Shown here piece after piece: positions 1 through 14,086 of a stretch of 64,000 nt of DNA. Origin of the DNA: Vairimorpha necatrix. Taxonomy: Eukaryota. A program made the translations under genes and the position numbers. Within the stretch, counting starts at the first letter, position 1; each line of letters begins with the position of its first letter. The notes beneath the pieces are model-generated. The model saw only the letters and a list, made by a program, of their open reading frames with translations, did no database searches and was not told the origin of the DNA. Location of the stretch: positions 868,001 to 932,000 of the forward strand of contig CP142728.1 of NCBI GenBank assembly GCA_036630325.1, given 5' to 3'.

Positions 1-80
1 GCCCCTGACTGAAGAGATTTTTTTTTAATTTTTTACCCCCGGCGTCCAGTCCGAACGGGCGTCCGGTCTGAACGGTGACA
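1..80 (+). mobile_element. Terminal part (TIR) of a second Ginger-like DNA transposon copy extending off the left edge
   Basis: 1-80 is the near-exact reverse complement of 43862-43941 and ends in ...GAACGGTGACA. Confidence 0.85.
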
Positions 81-1369
81 GTAATTTTTATTGAAAACAT
101 TTGGAACTTTCATCTTAGATAGTATTTTTGTTTTTTTCATTTGCCATTCCTAACAAATTCCTATCTTTCCATTTGTGGCAAAAAAGGATTATCTATGTAA
201 GAAAATATCGCTTTGTTTTTGACAATTCTATTATATAATTTTTGATAATTTAAATATAATTTGAGATTTGTTTTTTTAAAATATTAGATGTCCTACCTCC
301 CGTCTAATGTATCTAGCTCATAAAGGGATTTCCGCTTTCATGATTTGGCAGTTACATAGAAGTTATTCAAATGTATATTATGATATTGTCATTCATTCAT
401 TTTAATTTTTATGTTCTCATAAGATATAGATCTGCAACAAAAACAAAATTTTATTAGCTGCAAACTTTTCATATTAAATTAGAGATGAATTTCAGTCTAT
501 AAGTAACATTTATTTATAAAACTTTACGCTAAAAGAGAAATACTTACTCTTTAGTATATAGTTTTTGTATAAGAATTGAATATAATCAAAACAGTACTAT
601 AAAAATGACGAAAAAGCATACTCGGGGTTTTTTATATAAAATAATATCTAATATCTCTTCTATTTTGTGAATTCTAAATAATTATCAGTAATATGGTTTG
701 TGTACATGAGAATCTGTTTATATTTTGTATATATATTATAGAGGCATCTAAACATCTCTTCTCTAGTAACGATGGCTTTGTAAATTAGCTAAATAGAATT
801 ATTATTTTCAACTACTATTCTTATTTCAGGAAAACAATATTTTATTTAACTATTATATATATATTTAAAAATTCCTAAAAGCCCGAAAGCTGCACGAATA
901 AACAAACTTGTTTCTACTATATCCAAGGATAATGCTATAAAAGATATGGATGTTTTCATCACCATTAGTATCCTTAGTTGCCTGAAATTTGTTCAATTAT
1001 TGCTTAATTTCATATTTCTAAAGATATTAGTTAGGTCGAGATCGATTTCTATGTCAGACGTTACGGACTACTAGTTTGTGGAAAAATGAATCAAGAGTTG
1101 TTATAGAGTCAAGTATCATGAATTTATAGAAAAGTTGTTTTTGCGCATATTATTTTGTTATTCTCTATAATGATGTATTTATCCAGAAATTATATGAGAA
1201 AACCTTTGAAATATAGTAATTTTTTATAGAAAAAAGAAAAAAAACTGATGCTTGCAATAGTTCACAAGAACTTTTTACGAATATAAGCTATAAGTTAAAT
1301 CTAAAACTTTTGTTACGAATTACAAGTACGAAGTTCTTTTTCATGCTTAAATAGATTACAAATTATACC

Positions 1370-4307
1370 TGTCACACGACATCTTTCCTGTACTTATTAC
1401 AAGCTCAGTGAGACTCTAATATTTGAATCCCTCGGCTGTCATATCTCAATTACGGCCGAGTCATGGACGTAAACAAATACGTCTCCGCCAACAAACAAAT
1501 GACGAATAAGAAAATGTCTATTCTAGTGAATATGGCCAGAATATGGAAAGCTGTACAAGAGACCAGCTTTCCCTCCAATAAATGATATGCTTGACGTTTA
1601 TTAAAAATAAAACATAAAAGGATGAATTTCTAGCCCTTCACCGAGTCATGAGAGATTATAAAACCAATAAGTAGTACTAAAAACTCATATATAGACACAC
1701 CGAGCAGCCAGGGAGGCAGCCAGTGTCACAATGGCGACAATGCGAATGCCAAAGATAATTTAGAGAATATTATCAAAAAACTAGCAGGAATGCTTACAAC
1801 TGAAAAATACTGCAAATTTAAGGGAACTAGAGAATAAAACCCAAGAGATTTTATCCAGCAATTTACAGAGTTAGAAGGCGAGAAAACACCGGAACAAACC
1901 TATAAAATTATAAAAAAAAACTAGAATTTAAAGCCCTCGCGTGGTTCGAGGCAAAGGAAGGTCACGAAATACACGAGTATGAAAGCTTCATAAAAGAGTT
2001 TGAGGAGGAATATCTGCCGGTATCGGAACCCGAAGATAATGAAAATATGTTTTTTGAACTAATATTCAAAGGCCCAAAATTTCAGGACATCATAACTTAC
2101 GTATACGAGCTAATGAAACGTTCAGAACGAAAGGAAAAGAAACTAATTTACGCAAGGAGGAAGATTAAGGAATACGTCCAGAATGACAACTATCTTTTTA
2201 GATAAACTTGAAGATTGGGAATCCTGGAATGATTTATTGTGGCTCTGTAAGAGATACGAACAGAAGATAAACCTACAAATAAAAAACAAAATCAACGAAA
2301 TTAACTTTAATAATAACAGACGAGAATCCACAAACTCGGAAAAAAGTAACAAAAATAAGGAGGATAGAGTAATAAAGATAGCGACCTCTATAAAGCATAT
2401 TGAAGATATTAGACCAAGAATAAGGTTGGAAAGCGGATCCATAAATATAAACACACTTTTAAATACAGGAGCGACCGACTCCATAATCAGAAAGGATATA
2501 GCTGAGAAATTAAAACTAAGGATAATTTCAGCCAACTCTACAATCAAGGGAATAAGTGGGGAAATGAAAATATATGGACAAACGACCCTATACATCAAAA
2601 AAAAGAAGACATAAAATCTATAAAATGTCAAGTGCTAGAAAACGTCGAGGAGGAAATGATCCTTGATTCAACGAAATAAATGAATCTGGCCTTTCAAAAT
2701 ATATAATCAGAACAGGAAAGAAAAATAATAACGCAGACAAACAAAGGATAGTCTTACTTTCAAAACTAGTAGATGAACAACAAGAAAAAACACCAGAAGT
2801 TAATATAAAAGATTTGAATTTAGATAAAACTGTTATTAAAGAACATATCGATGAGTTACGACACATGGTAAACAAATACAAATCCATATTTCTAGAAAGT
2901 AACACAAAGAATACATTAGATTTACAACACGCAATTGAACTTATTCACTGGCCAGATAAAATAACATGTGTGAAATACAAAAGATCACCGGAAGAACATG
3001 AGTTCATAAAAAAGGAAGAAATAAATTTTTAGAGTGTGGGCTTATTGAAGAAAGTAATAGCAATTTCATTTCACCAGTAGTAATAGTAAAGAAAGAAGGG
3101 AAAAAGCCAAGGGTTTGCATTGATTACCGCAAATTAAATAAATTAACAGTTAAAATGGATTATCCAATCCCAAGAATCGATGAAACCCTAGATACACTAT
3201 CTAGAGCACAGGACTACACCACGTTAGACATGGAGAGTGGTTATCACCAAGTATATCTAAAAGATGGTGATAAGGAGAAATCGGCCTTTTACACAAGAGA
3301 AGGCATCTTTCAATGAAAACGAATGCCGTTTGGATTAATAAACGCACCATTTACTTTCCAGAAAATTATGAATAGGCTATTCAAAGAAATACTACACAAA
3401 TTCGTAGTAATCTATCTGGACGATGTTTTAATCTATTCAAAAACCAAAGAAGAACACCTTTTACATCTAGACACGGTATTACGGATTATAAAAGACATTG
3501 GTTTCAAACTAAACATAAAAAAATGCAATATCTTCAAAACCAAAGTAGAATTTTTAGGCTACGAGATAACGATGGGCGAAATGATGATACCCCCGAAACA
3601 GAAAACCAAAGCTTTAGAATTTGCAGAGCCGAAAACAAAGAAAGACGTTAGAGCATGGATGGGATTTACATCCTTTTCCAGCCGATAATAAAAAATTATG
3701 CGGCCAAAATGGTTCCGTTGTACGAAAGCATCAAAGGGAAAAGAAAAAAAATCAGTAATTAAAAAAATAAGGAAATTTAATATTAAACGCGAAGAAAATG
3801 TTAGACCTGATAAAATATTAAAAAGAGGTAAATTGTACAAGAAATATTCACTAGATGAGAAAGAATATAAAGTGAATAGGAAGGATATCATGTGGATTAC
3901 AGAATCAGATCCAGCAGAGTGGATCCTGCGAAAGGAGGGGAGTGTGTCACACGACATCCTTCCTGTACTTATTACAAGCCCAGTGAGACTCTAATATTTG
4001 AATCCCTCGGCTGTCATATCTCAGTTACGGCCGAGTTATGGACATAAACAAATACGTCTCCGTCAACAAACAAATGACGAATAAGAAAATGTCTATTCTG
4101 GTGAATATGGCCAGAATATGAAAAGCTGTACAAGAGACCAGCTTTCCCTCCAATAAATGATATGCTTGACGTTTATTAAAAATAAAACATAAAAGGATGA
4201 ATTTCTAGCCCTTCGCCGAGTCATGAGAGATTATAAAACCAATAAACAGTTCACTAAAAACTCATATATAGACACACCGAGCAGCCAGAGGGGCAGCCAG
4301 TGTCACA
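1370..4307 (+). mobile_element. Ty3/gypsy LTR retrotransposon (element H), degenerate, internally deleted (RNase H and most of integrase missing)
   Basis: LTRs 1370-1730 and 3945-4307 (TG..CA), 5-bp TSD ATACC, PBS TGGCGACAATG at 1732, PPT AAAGGAGGGGAG before the 3' LTR. Confidence 0.93.
1648..3930 (+). pseudogene. gag-pol pseudogene of element H (gag, protease, RT fragments)
   Basis: Protease-like LLNTGATDS (2183 ORF); RT motifs [13 protein letters not shown] and YLDD (3323 ORF); several stops and frameshifts. Confidence 0.85.
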
Positions 4308-5541
4308 ATACCATCAGGGGGATTACAATACAGAGTGAAAAGAAGGTTTAAATTAAACTATCATATTTCTTAAATTGTCATAGCTTTTAAGTTGGAAATT
4401 GAGCGATTTCAATCTAGATGTTTCTTTTATTTCAAAAAACACAATTTTTTTGCACTTATATAATTTTAATTATTATAGTTTCTTTTTGAATATATTTTTT
4501 CAATTATAAACAAAATTATATTTTATTAAAATCATTTTAAATGAACGCGTCTAGAAAAACAGTTTCTCTAATATATAACAAAAGTACTATATGTTCTAAC
4601 AAAAATATCTTATAGGCTTGTTGAAGAATAAGATAAAGTCCAAAATTACTTTACAACCGGAATACCAATATTAGTAGAATAAAATATACAATAAATATTA
4701 ATGTCATATTAAAGATGATTTGTCAAAAAATACAGATACAACCGATTTATATTACATTTAAATTTATATACGATCCAAGAAGAGTTAGAAACATCAAAAA
4801 GGTACATAATATCTTATGTGATTAGTTCTTGGTTTTAAGTCAATAGAACATTGTTATTTTATTTTTTAATTTGGGTTTATTCCGATTTATAAAAAAATCA
4901 AATAAGTTGAATAGATTTAAGTTTATGAGGTATCATGGTCATTGTTCTTGTCGAAATTGATGCCTTCTATTCTTAAGCTGTACACAATACAGCCCCGAAT
5001 TAACTTTCTGATGTTCTATAAGGGTAAAATTATTGGAAATTCACAAATTTGTCCTATTTATCTCAGTTAGTGCTCTAAATAGATGTTAAATTTTTCAATA
5101 TATTTCTTTATAAGTTTTATTATATAATCAGGATATAATTTAATGATTTTGATTTTAATTGCGATATATTTTCTTAAACAAATTTTTCGTTTGAAAAAAA
5201 AAACTATATTCACGCCCATTACTATGTGGTTTCAATATTAGAATCGCTTTTGGGCGATTCTATAATGTTTAATATGAGATTTGAGAGTAAGTTTTAAGAT
5301 ATGTCCTAATCCGGGCACTTATGAATCTATATATATTTTTATATATCGGTACCTGGTTTTCGGGACGAACACTATTATCAGGATATTGTTCATATTCTAA
5401 ACGACAACAAAGATTAGAACATATTTTTTGGCATTTGACATATATTTAGATGAAAAAAACAATACCAACACAAACCTTTTATGAAATACATAATATAGAG
5501 GTTAAATGAAATTTTTGGTGTTAACATCTGTGTTTTCCTAC

Positions 5542-8500
5542 TGTGATGTTATGCCTAACATCCCAATTAAGTTTTATTTGTTTATTTGTCAAATGATTCG
5601 GGATGACCAACCATGAGGCCATACAAACAAACAAAACGAAATCATATATTTCGTGGTACAATTATTAATACTCATATGTTTGTTGTAATATTGGGAAGGA
5701 CGAATACGTCATCATAAAATATAAAAGGAAACTTCACAAAGAAGGGTACAGAATGTTCAGAGAGGAAAACACTAACAAGAAGGATGAGTCTAGAAATGGG
5801 AAGATCCCATACGCCAAAATAAATATAATAATATAAACAACAATAAAAGTATTTTAAACAATTATTTTAAATTCATGAAACTTCCTGTGATACAGGACAG
5901 AATTGATATCAATTTACATAGGGTATCGCAAGAGCAAGAGTGTTCAACCAAAGAGGGGTTGACATTTAAATATACAATCGAAGAAATCGATTTAGTGGTA
6001 GAAAAAAGAATCAGTCTGATAAGAGACATTAAAGACTTTACAGAAGTCGAGTTAGATAAATGGTTTGAAAATTTAAACAGATAAGTAAACACAAAAATTG
6101 GGACTTTACAAAGGAAAAAATGGCCTTGGAACAATTAATAAGAGATCCAAGTTTACAATCGATTTTTTCACTCACTGATCTAGAAAAGATTTACAGATAT
6201 GTGGGGAAAAGTTTACCACAAAAGCTAAATCCAGAATTATTGCCAATCAAGTTGCAGAATTGCAAACAATCAAAATTTAAATTCATTAAAGAATATTTAA
6301 GCCACCTAAAGGCTCTAATTGACCAATATACTAGAATAGAAGGTCTAAATAAAAGAGAATACGAAAGAGAACTAAGAAAGAGTTTCTTCGCAGGTTTATC
6401 ATTCGAGACAAGAATGAAAGTGCTCGATTCAGGTAAGAATACTATTGAAGAGATAATAACGCATCTAGAAACAGTTGAAGAAAATTTAATTTCAGAAGGC
6501 AGAAAAAAGGGTATCATGTCAAAGACATACGACATAAGAACAGATAAGTTTGGGGATAAAAAGGACAGATACACTAGCAAGAAATGGTGTAGTCTCCACA
6601 AAAACAACACTCACAACTCAAAGGAGTGTTTAGTCTTAAATAATACCACAAGAGAGAAGCCAAGAGAAGGGAATTATAAGGATTCAAGAAGTAAGGCTGA
6701 AAGAACTTACATAATGAGAGAAGCTGGACCAACTATTTTAGACTTAGAATTAAAAGGAGATATAAATGAGAAAGAAGTAAACATAGTTTTGGACACTGGT
6801 GCCTGTCACAACTTTATAGACAGGAAACTAGTAGAGGAGAATAATCTAATAGTCAGGGAAGACAAACCCTTAAAAATAGTAACTGTGACCAACGAGAATC
6901 TTAAAATAAACTCAGTGGTAGATACAGTAGTAAGATTGAAAGGTCTAAAAAAGGAATTCAATAAGGTTTTATATGTGTTAGAGAAATCGGTAGTAGATGT
7001 AATTTTGGGAAATGAATTTATCTTTTCAAATAAGATGGTTCTAAATTTTAAAAAGAATACAATCGGAATCGGGAGTGAAACAATTAATATATTAGGAGAA
7101 AACGAAAAAGTTAAAAAAGATAATGAATTAGATGGGCTTTTCTATGAAAAATTAGGGTTAGTCAAAGAAAAGGAAGGTACAAATGAGGAATTAAATGATT
7201 TAATATATGTGTATAAAGAAGTTAACGAAAATTTCAATGTTTTTAAAATTAAGCCTGTAAAAATAAAACCCATGCACAACTCAAGCGTAAATCTGAAACG
7301 CTTGTCATACAGCGTGCCTCACAAATATGTAGACGCGGGAAAAAGAGAAATTCAAAGACTTTTAAAAGAAGAGATTATAGTAGAGGTAGATGCAGAAGTG
7401 CATAGCCCCGCATTTTTTATCGAGAAGAAAAACAAAGATTTGCGGCTAGTAATAGATTACAGAAAGGTGAACGAAATCAATAACGACGAACAATTTGATA
7501 TACCAAAAATATTTGAGAACCTACAATTAATAGGGAATATGGCATATTACACTAAGATAGATCTAAAAAATGGATTTAATAAAATTCCCATAGAACAAAA
7601 AAGTCAGGGGATAACCGCCTTCAAAATCATAAACAAAACATATATGTATAAAAGAATACCGTTTGGTATAAGATCAGGTCCTAAAATATTTCAAAAGACC
7701 ATTACTAGAATGCTGGAGGAACTTGGAAATTGCTTCGTGTATATAGACGACATCATAGTTTACGGAAAAGATAAAGCAGAACATGACGAGATAGTCATAA
7801 AGGTTTTAGAGAGACTAATGAAATTCGAAGTAAAAATAAATTTCGAAAAGACAAGCTTTTATAATGAAGAGATTAAAATATTAGGCTTCTTCATAAACAA
7901 GAAAGGTATATTCGCAGACACTAAATACTTAGAAAACAAGGCTATGCAAATAATACCAAAGAACAAAAGACAGCTCCAGAAAATAATAGGAGTATTTAAT
8001 TGGTATAGAAGATTTATAAAAAACATGAGCACTAAGTTACATAGTGTTACAAATTTATTAAAAGAAGAAAAATATGTGTGGACAGAGGAACACATGAAGA
8101 TAGTTGAAAACATTAAACAGGAGATTACCAATAACACTAAGTTAGCGTATCCTAATTTTAATGAAAAATTCATCTTAGAATGCGATCCATCCAACGTGGG
8201 AATCGGTGCGGTATTATATCAAGAAGGTGGTATAATTGGTTATTTCAGTAAAAAATTGAATAGTACCGAACAGAACTATTCTATAGTAGAAAAGGAGCTT
8301 TATGAGATAGTGAAAACATTGACATTTTTTAGAGAAATTACACAGGGTTATTATGTAGAAATTTATACAGACAATGAGAATTGTGTGTACGAAAACAAAT
8401 GTTTCACAACAAGAATGGAAAGATGGAAAGTATTACTAAACGATTATAATTTTACATTAAAGAAAATAAAAGGGACTGAAAATAACATAGCCGATAATTT

Positions 8501-9897
8501 GTCAAGATGCGGAAAGTTAAAACTAAGGAATCGAGAAGAATTTTATACAAGAAAAAGCGAAAAGTTACTTAGACGATAACCTAGATGAACTAGGTAGAAA
8601 GAAAATAATTGAAGGGAAGGAAGAAGAATTTCTAAGGTTCATACACGAAGAAAGCGAGCATGCTGGGATAATTATATGCTAATAACATAAAAAATTATGT
8701 GAAAATAAAGAATTTAGAAAATAATTAAAGAAAATCATAGGTAATTGTATTAAATGCAAAGAAAATAAAAACAATAATAAATTTGGAAAAGAAATAATTC
8801 CAATAGCGGCCAAGGAGCCATTTGAAAGAGTGAGTTCGGATATCTACGGACCATTTGAGTTAGAAGATTATAAATGCAATACTCTCAAAGAAAAGGGTTA
8901 TTTCATAACAATTACAGACATAAAGTCAAGAATTACATATATCAGGTTTTCAACGAGTATTACAATAGGAAACATAATTAAAACGTTTAAAAAATAAAAA
9001 AAAACAAGCTTCCGAAGATAATCATATCAGACAATGGAAAGCAATATAGGAATAACAAGGTAAAGGAATTTTTAGAAAGCCAAGAAATAGAGGCTAGATA
9101 TATTCCTGCATACACACCAAGCTCTAATGGAATATCTGAGAGAATAAATCAAGTAATCTCGGAAATGTTAAGAATGAACAAAGGTTTATCTATCGAAACC
9201 ATCAAGAGAAAAATTTTACATAGGTTAAATGAAAATTACAATACCAGTATAGGCTGCTCGCCAATGGCAGCTATTACTAAAAAGAATTATTTTTGCCTTG
9301 AAGAAAAGGTTGAAGAATTCAAAATTAAAGAACGAAAATTAAAAGATAATAGTACAAAAAGCATGTTAAAAACAGGAATTGAGGTGTACAAAAGGTATTT
9401 CTAACGACAAATTAGACAAAAGGTTTATTGGACCCTACCAAATAGTACAGATAGGTAATAAAGGTAGATGGGTAAAGCTAGACAATAACGAATGGATATA
9501 CGTAAAAAACTTAAAACTTTAGGGGAGGGCAGAATGTGATGTTATGCCTAACATCCCAATTAAGTTTTATTTGTTTATTTGTCAAATGATTCAGGATGAC
9601 CAACCATGAGGTCATACATACAAACAAACAAAACGAAATCATATATTTCGTGGTACAATTATTAATACTCATATGTTTGTTGTAATATTGGGAAGGACGA
9701 ATACGTCATCATAAAATATAAAAGGAAACTTCACAAAGAAGGGTACAGAATGTTCAGAGAGGAAAACACTAACAAGAAGGGTGAGTCTAGAAATGGGAAG
9801 ACCCCATACGCCCAAAATAAATATAATAATATAAACAACAATAAAAGTATTTTAAACAATTATTTTAAATTCATGAAACTTCCTGTGATACAGGACA
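5542..9897 (+). mobile_element. Ty3/gypsy element A (palindrome-PBS clade), inserted in the 5' LTR of element B
   Basis: LTRs 5542-5899 and 9535-9897, TSD CCTAC, PPT AGGGGAGGGCAGAA; no TGG-type PBS. Confidence 0.95.
6120..8579 (+). pseudogene. Main gag-protease-RT-RNase H ORF of element A; the gene as a whole (~5753-9522) is broken by frameshifts/stops, integrase in 8580-9522
   Basis: WCSLHKNNTHNSKEC knuckle, LDTGACHNFI protease, PFGIRSGPKIFQ/YIDD RT, LECDPSNVGIGAVL RNase H. Confidence 0.9.
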
Positions 9898-11458
9898 CCT
9901 ACCACATAATTTTTACATTTCTTCTATTTTTTATTTATCTCAATATTTAACAAAAATGAATTTTCTAGAAATTATTTTTTATAAATAAAAAATATTCAAA
10001 GAAGGGTACGACATAATGGACAGGAACAGAAATTATCACTATAAAAATACAACTAATATGGGAACCACAAAGATGATCCCAAACATTAATAAATTAGTTA
10101 AAAAACAAACTTACATTCGCTCCCCGTTGGAGCAATATTTTCGTTTTGGCTCCTTCACTTTAGGATACCACAATTTGAATTCAAATGATAAGAAAGCGCA
10201 ACAAGACGAGAAAAATTTAATAAAGAAAAGGTACAATTTGAAGTCCCAATACCAGGGCAAACTAAAAAATTTATAGAAGAAATTGAAAAAATAGATAACC
10301 TAAGCCAAGCTGATCTATTAGGCTGGTTTAAAAAATTCGATAAAATTAGGATTGGAAATAAATGGAGCGACGAAGATTTGCAGATAATTATGAGCCATTT
10401 GATTACAGATATAGACGTTGAAACTGACATCTTTACCAAGAAGTATATTACTATCAAAGAGGAATTTATGAAGATAATGTACCCAAAGAGCTGTTTAGGA
10501 GTGGTCATCAAGAAATTGGAAAAAAACATAAAAAAGTAATTACACCACAATCAAGTAATTTGTGCAAGAGATAGGGACATGTTTGAAAGTATATGCCTCA
10601 TTGACAAAAATAACCAAAGCCGAATATACGAGAAGGCTAAAACGACATTTCATCAATAATTTAGGAAGAGCTACAAAGATACAGCTACAGATTTTGAAAA
10701 AAGATGATGATTTTGATACGATCGTTAATTATTTGACTAAAGTTGAGAAGAAACTATTCAACTCGCAATTGGAAGAAGAGATCTAAAATTTAAATATTTC
10801 AAACCTACAATTAGAAAAATCAGGAGTATTTTTTAGCCAAAAGAGTTGGAAAGAAAATGGACGCGTCATCAAAGACAATATAAAGAATAATCTTACCACA
10901 GAGAAGAAGGATATAAAAAACACGAATATAGAGAATATAATGAAAACAGAACGACAAAATATTATGTTGTTGAACCCAAAGAGGCCATTACGGATATATA
11001 TGTTAAAATTAGATTAGATAATTCAGAAAAGGTATTAGGTCTAACTGATTTCGCATCGACAAGGAACATCATAAGCGAAACGCTAGTGGATAAGCTAAAA
11101 CTTACTAAAGTAGAAAATAAGGAAGTTAATTTAAAAATAGGAAACCGTGAAGTAATTACATTGAGCGAGACAGTAGAATGAAGTTCAAAATTTTAGGAAT
11201 ACAAGAATCATTTAGATCGGAATTTTATGTGATGAATAACCCAAGACATCCTTTAATTTTAGGGAATGTTTTTCTAGCGAATAATGATAGCATAATCGAT
11301 TATGCTAAATACGAATTACGAGTGAGAGAAGAAAAGATCCCATATTTATATACGAAACAGACGGAAGAAGAAAAAATTACGGAACCAGACAAACTCTTTT
11401 TTGAAAACTTTAATTATCAGAACGAATTTACAACCGAAAAAGATTTTTTAAATAAATT

Positions 11459-11643
11459 TGTAGTATCCACCACTGAGAAACATGTCTAAAATATTATTAT
11501 TTATTTTATCTAGGTTATTTGTTGTTTCTTTTGTCCTCATTATCGTACACTTCTAAGGATAAAAAATTTAAATACTTTTAGGAGGGGAAACTGAGCAATT
11601 TGGAGGGAAATATTTATAATTTTATGATATTTGGAATATCATA
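11459..11643 (-). mobile_element. Solo LTR (185 bp) related to the A/B clade, inserted in pol of element B
   Basis: TSD AAATT; removal restores the frame ..FLNK-LLNNYLYQL..; minus strand has a terminal hairpin, GAAGTGTACGATAATG like the B LTR, and ends GGATACTACA. Confidence 0.7.
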
Positions 11644-11661
11644 AAATTACTTAATAATTAC

Positions 11662-12441
11662 TTGTATCAACTGAATGTAAATCAGCCAATTAAAATGAAA
11701 CCACTCAAACTAAAGTATACGAACGAAGAAATAGTCACAACTTATAAAAATTACCCGGTGCCAGAAAAATTTAAAGAAGCAGCATATGAAGAAATACAGC
11801 GATTATGTAGTGAAGGCATTATAAAAAAGTCAGAAAGTGCGATAGCGTCTCCTGCATTCTTAATCTATAAGAAACCCGGCCATGTCAGACTTGTTGTTGA
11901 TTATAGATATATAAATAACTACATAGTAAATGAACCGTGTGCTATTCCTACTATTTTAGAAAGCATAAAGTCTATAGGATCAAAAAAGATCTTTTCACAA
12001 ATTGATTTAAAAAATAGTTTTAATCAAATCCCATTAAGCGAACACTGGAGACACCTAACCACATTCGTATTATTTAACCAAAGATTTCAATATACGAGAA
12101 TACCTTTTGGGTTAAAGTTAGGTCCGAAATTATTTCAAAGTATAATACAAGAAGTTTTAGCCAACATAAAAAATATATTTGTGTACATTGACGATATAGT
12201 CATTTTTGCAGATACTATTGAAGAACATGGCCGAATCTTAACCGAAGTCATTGATAAACTAGGGAAAAGTAATATATTAATTAATCTTGAAAAGTCAAAT
12301 TTCTACAAAGATAGAATTACGCTTTTAGGATATAACATCTCAAGTGACGGAATAGAACCAGAAGGAAAATATCTAGAACATCAGACATTTAAAGCAAAAA
12401 AAAACGAAAAAGCAACTGCAATGTTTAATAGGAGTGCTTAA
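11662..12441 (+). pseudogene. Reverse transcriptase fragment of element B
   Basis: RLVVDYR, QIDLKNSFNQI, IPFGLKLGPKLFQ, YIDD. Confidence 0.9.
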
Positions 12442-14086
12442 TTGGTTTAGACCATTCTTAAACAATTTGAGTACTAGAATTCAGGGAATAACAGAATTAT
12501 CGAAGGCAGAGAAAATTACACTGTCATAAAACCATTATGAAATAATACGTGAAATTGAAAAGGACATAAAACAATAAACGACGTTAAAATTTCCAGACTA
12601 CAACAGAAAATTTAATCTTGAATGCGATGCCTCAGATACAGGAATCGGCGCAATATTGTATCAAGAACACGGTATTTTAGGATATTATAGCAAGAAGCTA
12701 AACGATACACAAAAAAACTATTTCATAGTAGAGAAGGAGTTATAGGCCATAATAAAGGCAATGCTCTTTTTTAGAAATACAATACAAGGATTTTATACAA
12801 TAATCTACTCAGACTGCCAAAATTGCATCACTACAAAACCATCAACGTCGACAAGAATGAAAAGATGGCAGCTACTTTTAGCAGATTTTAATACGGATCT
12901 TAAGAAAATTGAAGGTAATAAGAATAGCATAGCGCAGGGGTCGGCAACCTTTTTAAAAAAAAAGTTCAAAATGGGCAATTTCAAAATCTTAAAACGAAAA
13001 ACGGGCTACAACTCAAAAAAGTATCTAAGAAAATTAAAATAAATGTTCTGGGAATCTTTTTAAAAAAAACATTTCGTAGCGTATAATACGATTATGATTT
13101 TTTTAGTATTTTTTTAAAGATAGGAATCTTTAACAAGTATTAATTTTTTATATTAAAACGAAAATTATAATTAAATTTTTTTTCAAGAGTTTTTTTAAGT
13201 GTTAAGAGAATCGAAAAAAAAATAAATTTAATGGTTTAATATAGATTTAATAGACATTGTTTTGACACGAATGCGAAGCAAATTTCTTCATAATTACTTT
13301 AAAAGAGGTTTAAATTTTGTTTTCGATTAAATCTCGAAGAAATAACAAAAATTAACAACGTGTAGAGAATATTTAGAAACAATACTTAAAAATGAGAAAC
13401 TTGATTTTGCATGTCATCTGCAATTTGGTCATAATTAATGATATAGGATGAAGTGGCAGCGTTTAAACAGTTATCTAAATGTTTGTCCAGAAGTTGTGTT
13501 CGATATTTTGATTTTAAATACGTCATATAGGAAAAATAAGCTTCACAATTATATGTGGTTCCACAATATGAAAATATTTTGAGTGCACATTTTCTTAAAA
13601 TGAGAAAACTATCATCTAAAACCAATTTCCAAAAGTCCTTGTCTAAATAATACGATTTTAAAACTATATCATTCTTCAAATTAATAATTTCAATTTCAGA
13701 GTCGTCCATGTTAACTATATAAAAAATTAGAAATTTTTGCTGGTAAATCAGAATCAAAAACATTAAAAGGATTAACAAAAAATGGATTTACTTTCTTTAA
13801 TGATCAAAAATCATGAAATCTTTTAGAAAACTCAATCAGTAATAAATCTATTGCGCCTATGTACGATGTAGGATCGAATTCATGAATACTTAAATTTATT
13901 TTTTTCGATTATTAACTTAGTATTTTGAAAATTAGATGAGAATTTCTTCATTCATTTGTATTTTAAAAAGTTCTAACTTATTTGCAAAAGAATTAATAAA
14001 GCTTATAATATGTGTTTATTTTCCATAATGAGGGGTAAAAATAATAAGGATATATAACATCCCCCCTCCAAGACGGTAGTCTCATA

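Noticed and set aside
81-1369. AT-rich spacers (also 4308-5528, 26764-27571, 39950-40850, 42513-43500) as host genes or RNA genes
   Set aside because: No credible ORF, tRNA or rRNA signature recognisable by eye; highly decayed remnants cannot be excluded
2143-2905. Minus-strand ORFs 2143-2631 and 2618-2905, and similar antisense ORFs (e.g. 3559, 6191, 7859, 15928, 33864, 48119, 51565)
   Set aside because: F/L/I/S-rich shadows of the A-rich TE coding strand, with no motifs
5239-5262. Hairpin TAGAATCGC-TTTTGG-GCGATTCTA
   Set aside because: Isolated 9-bp stem with no associated gene, CTRR end or second copy
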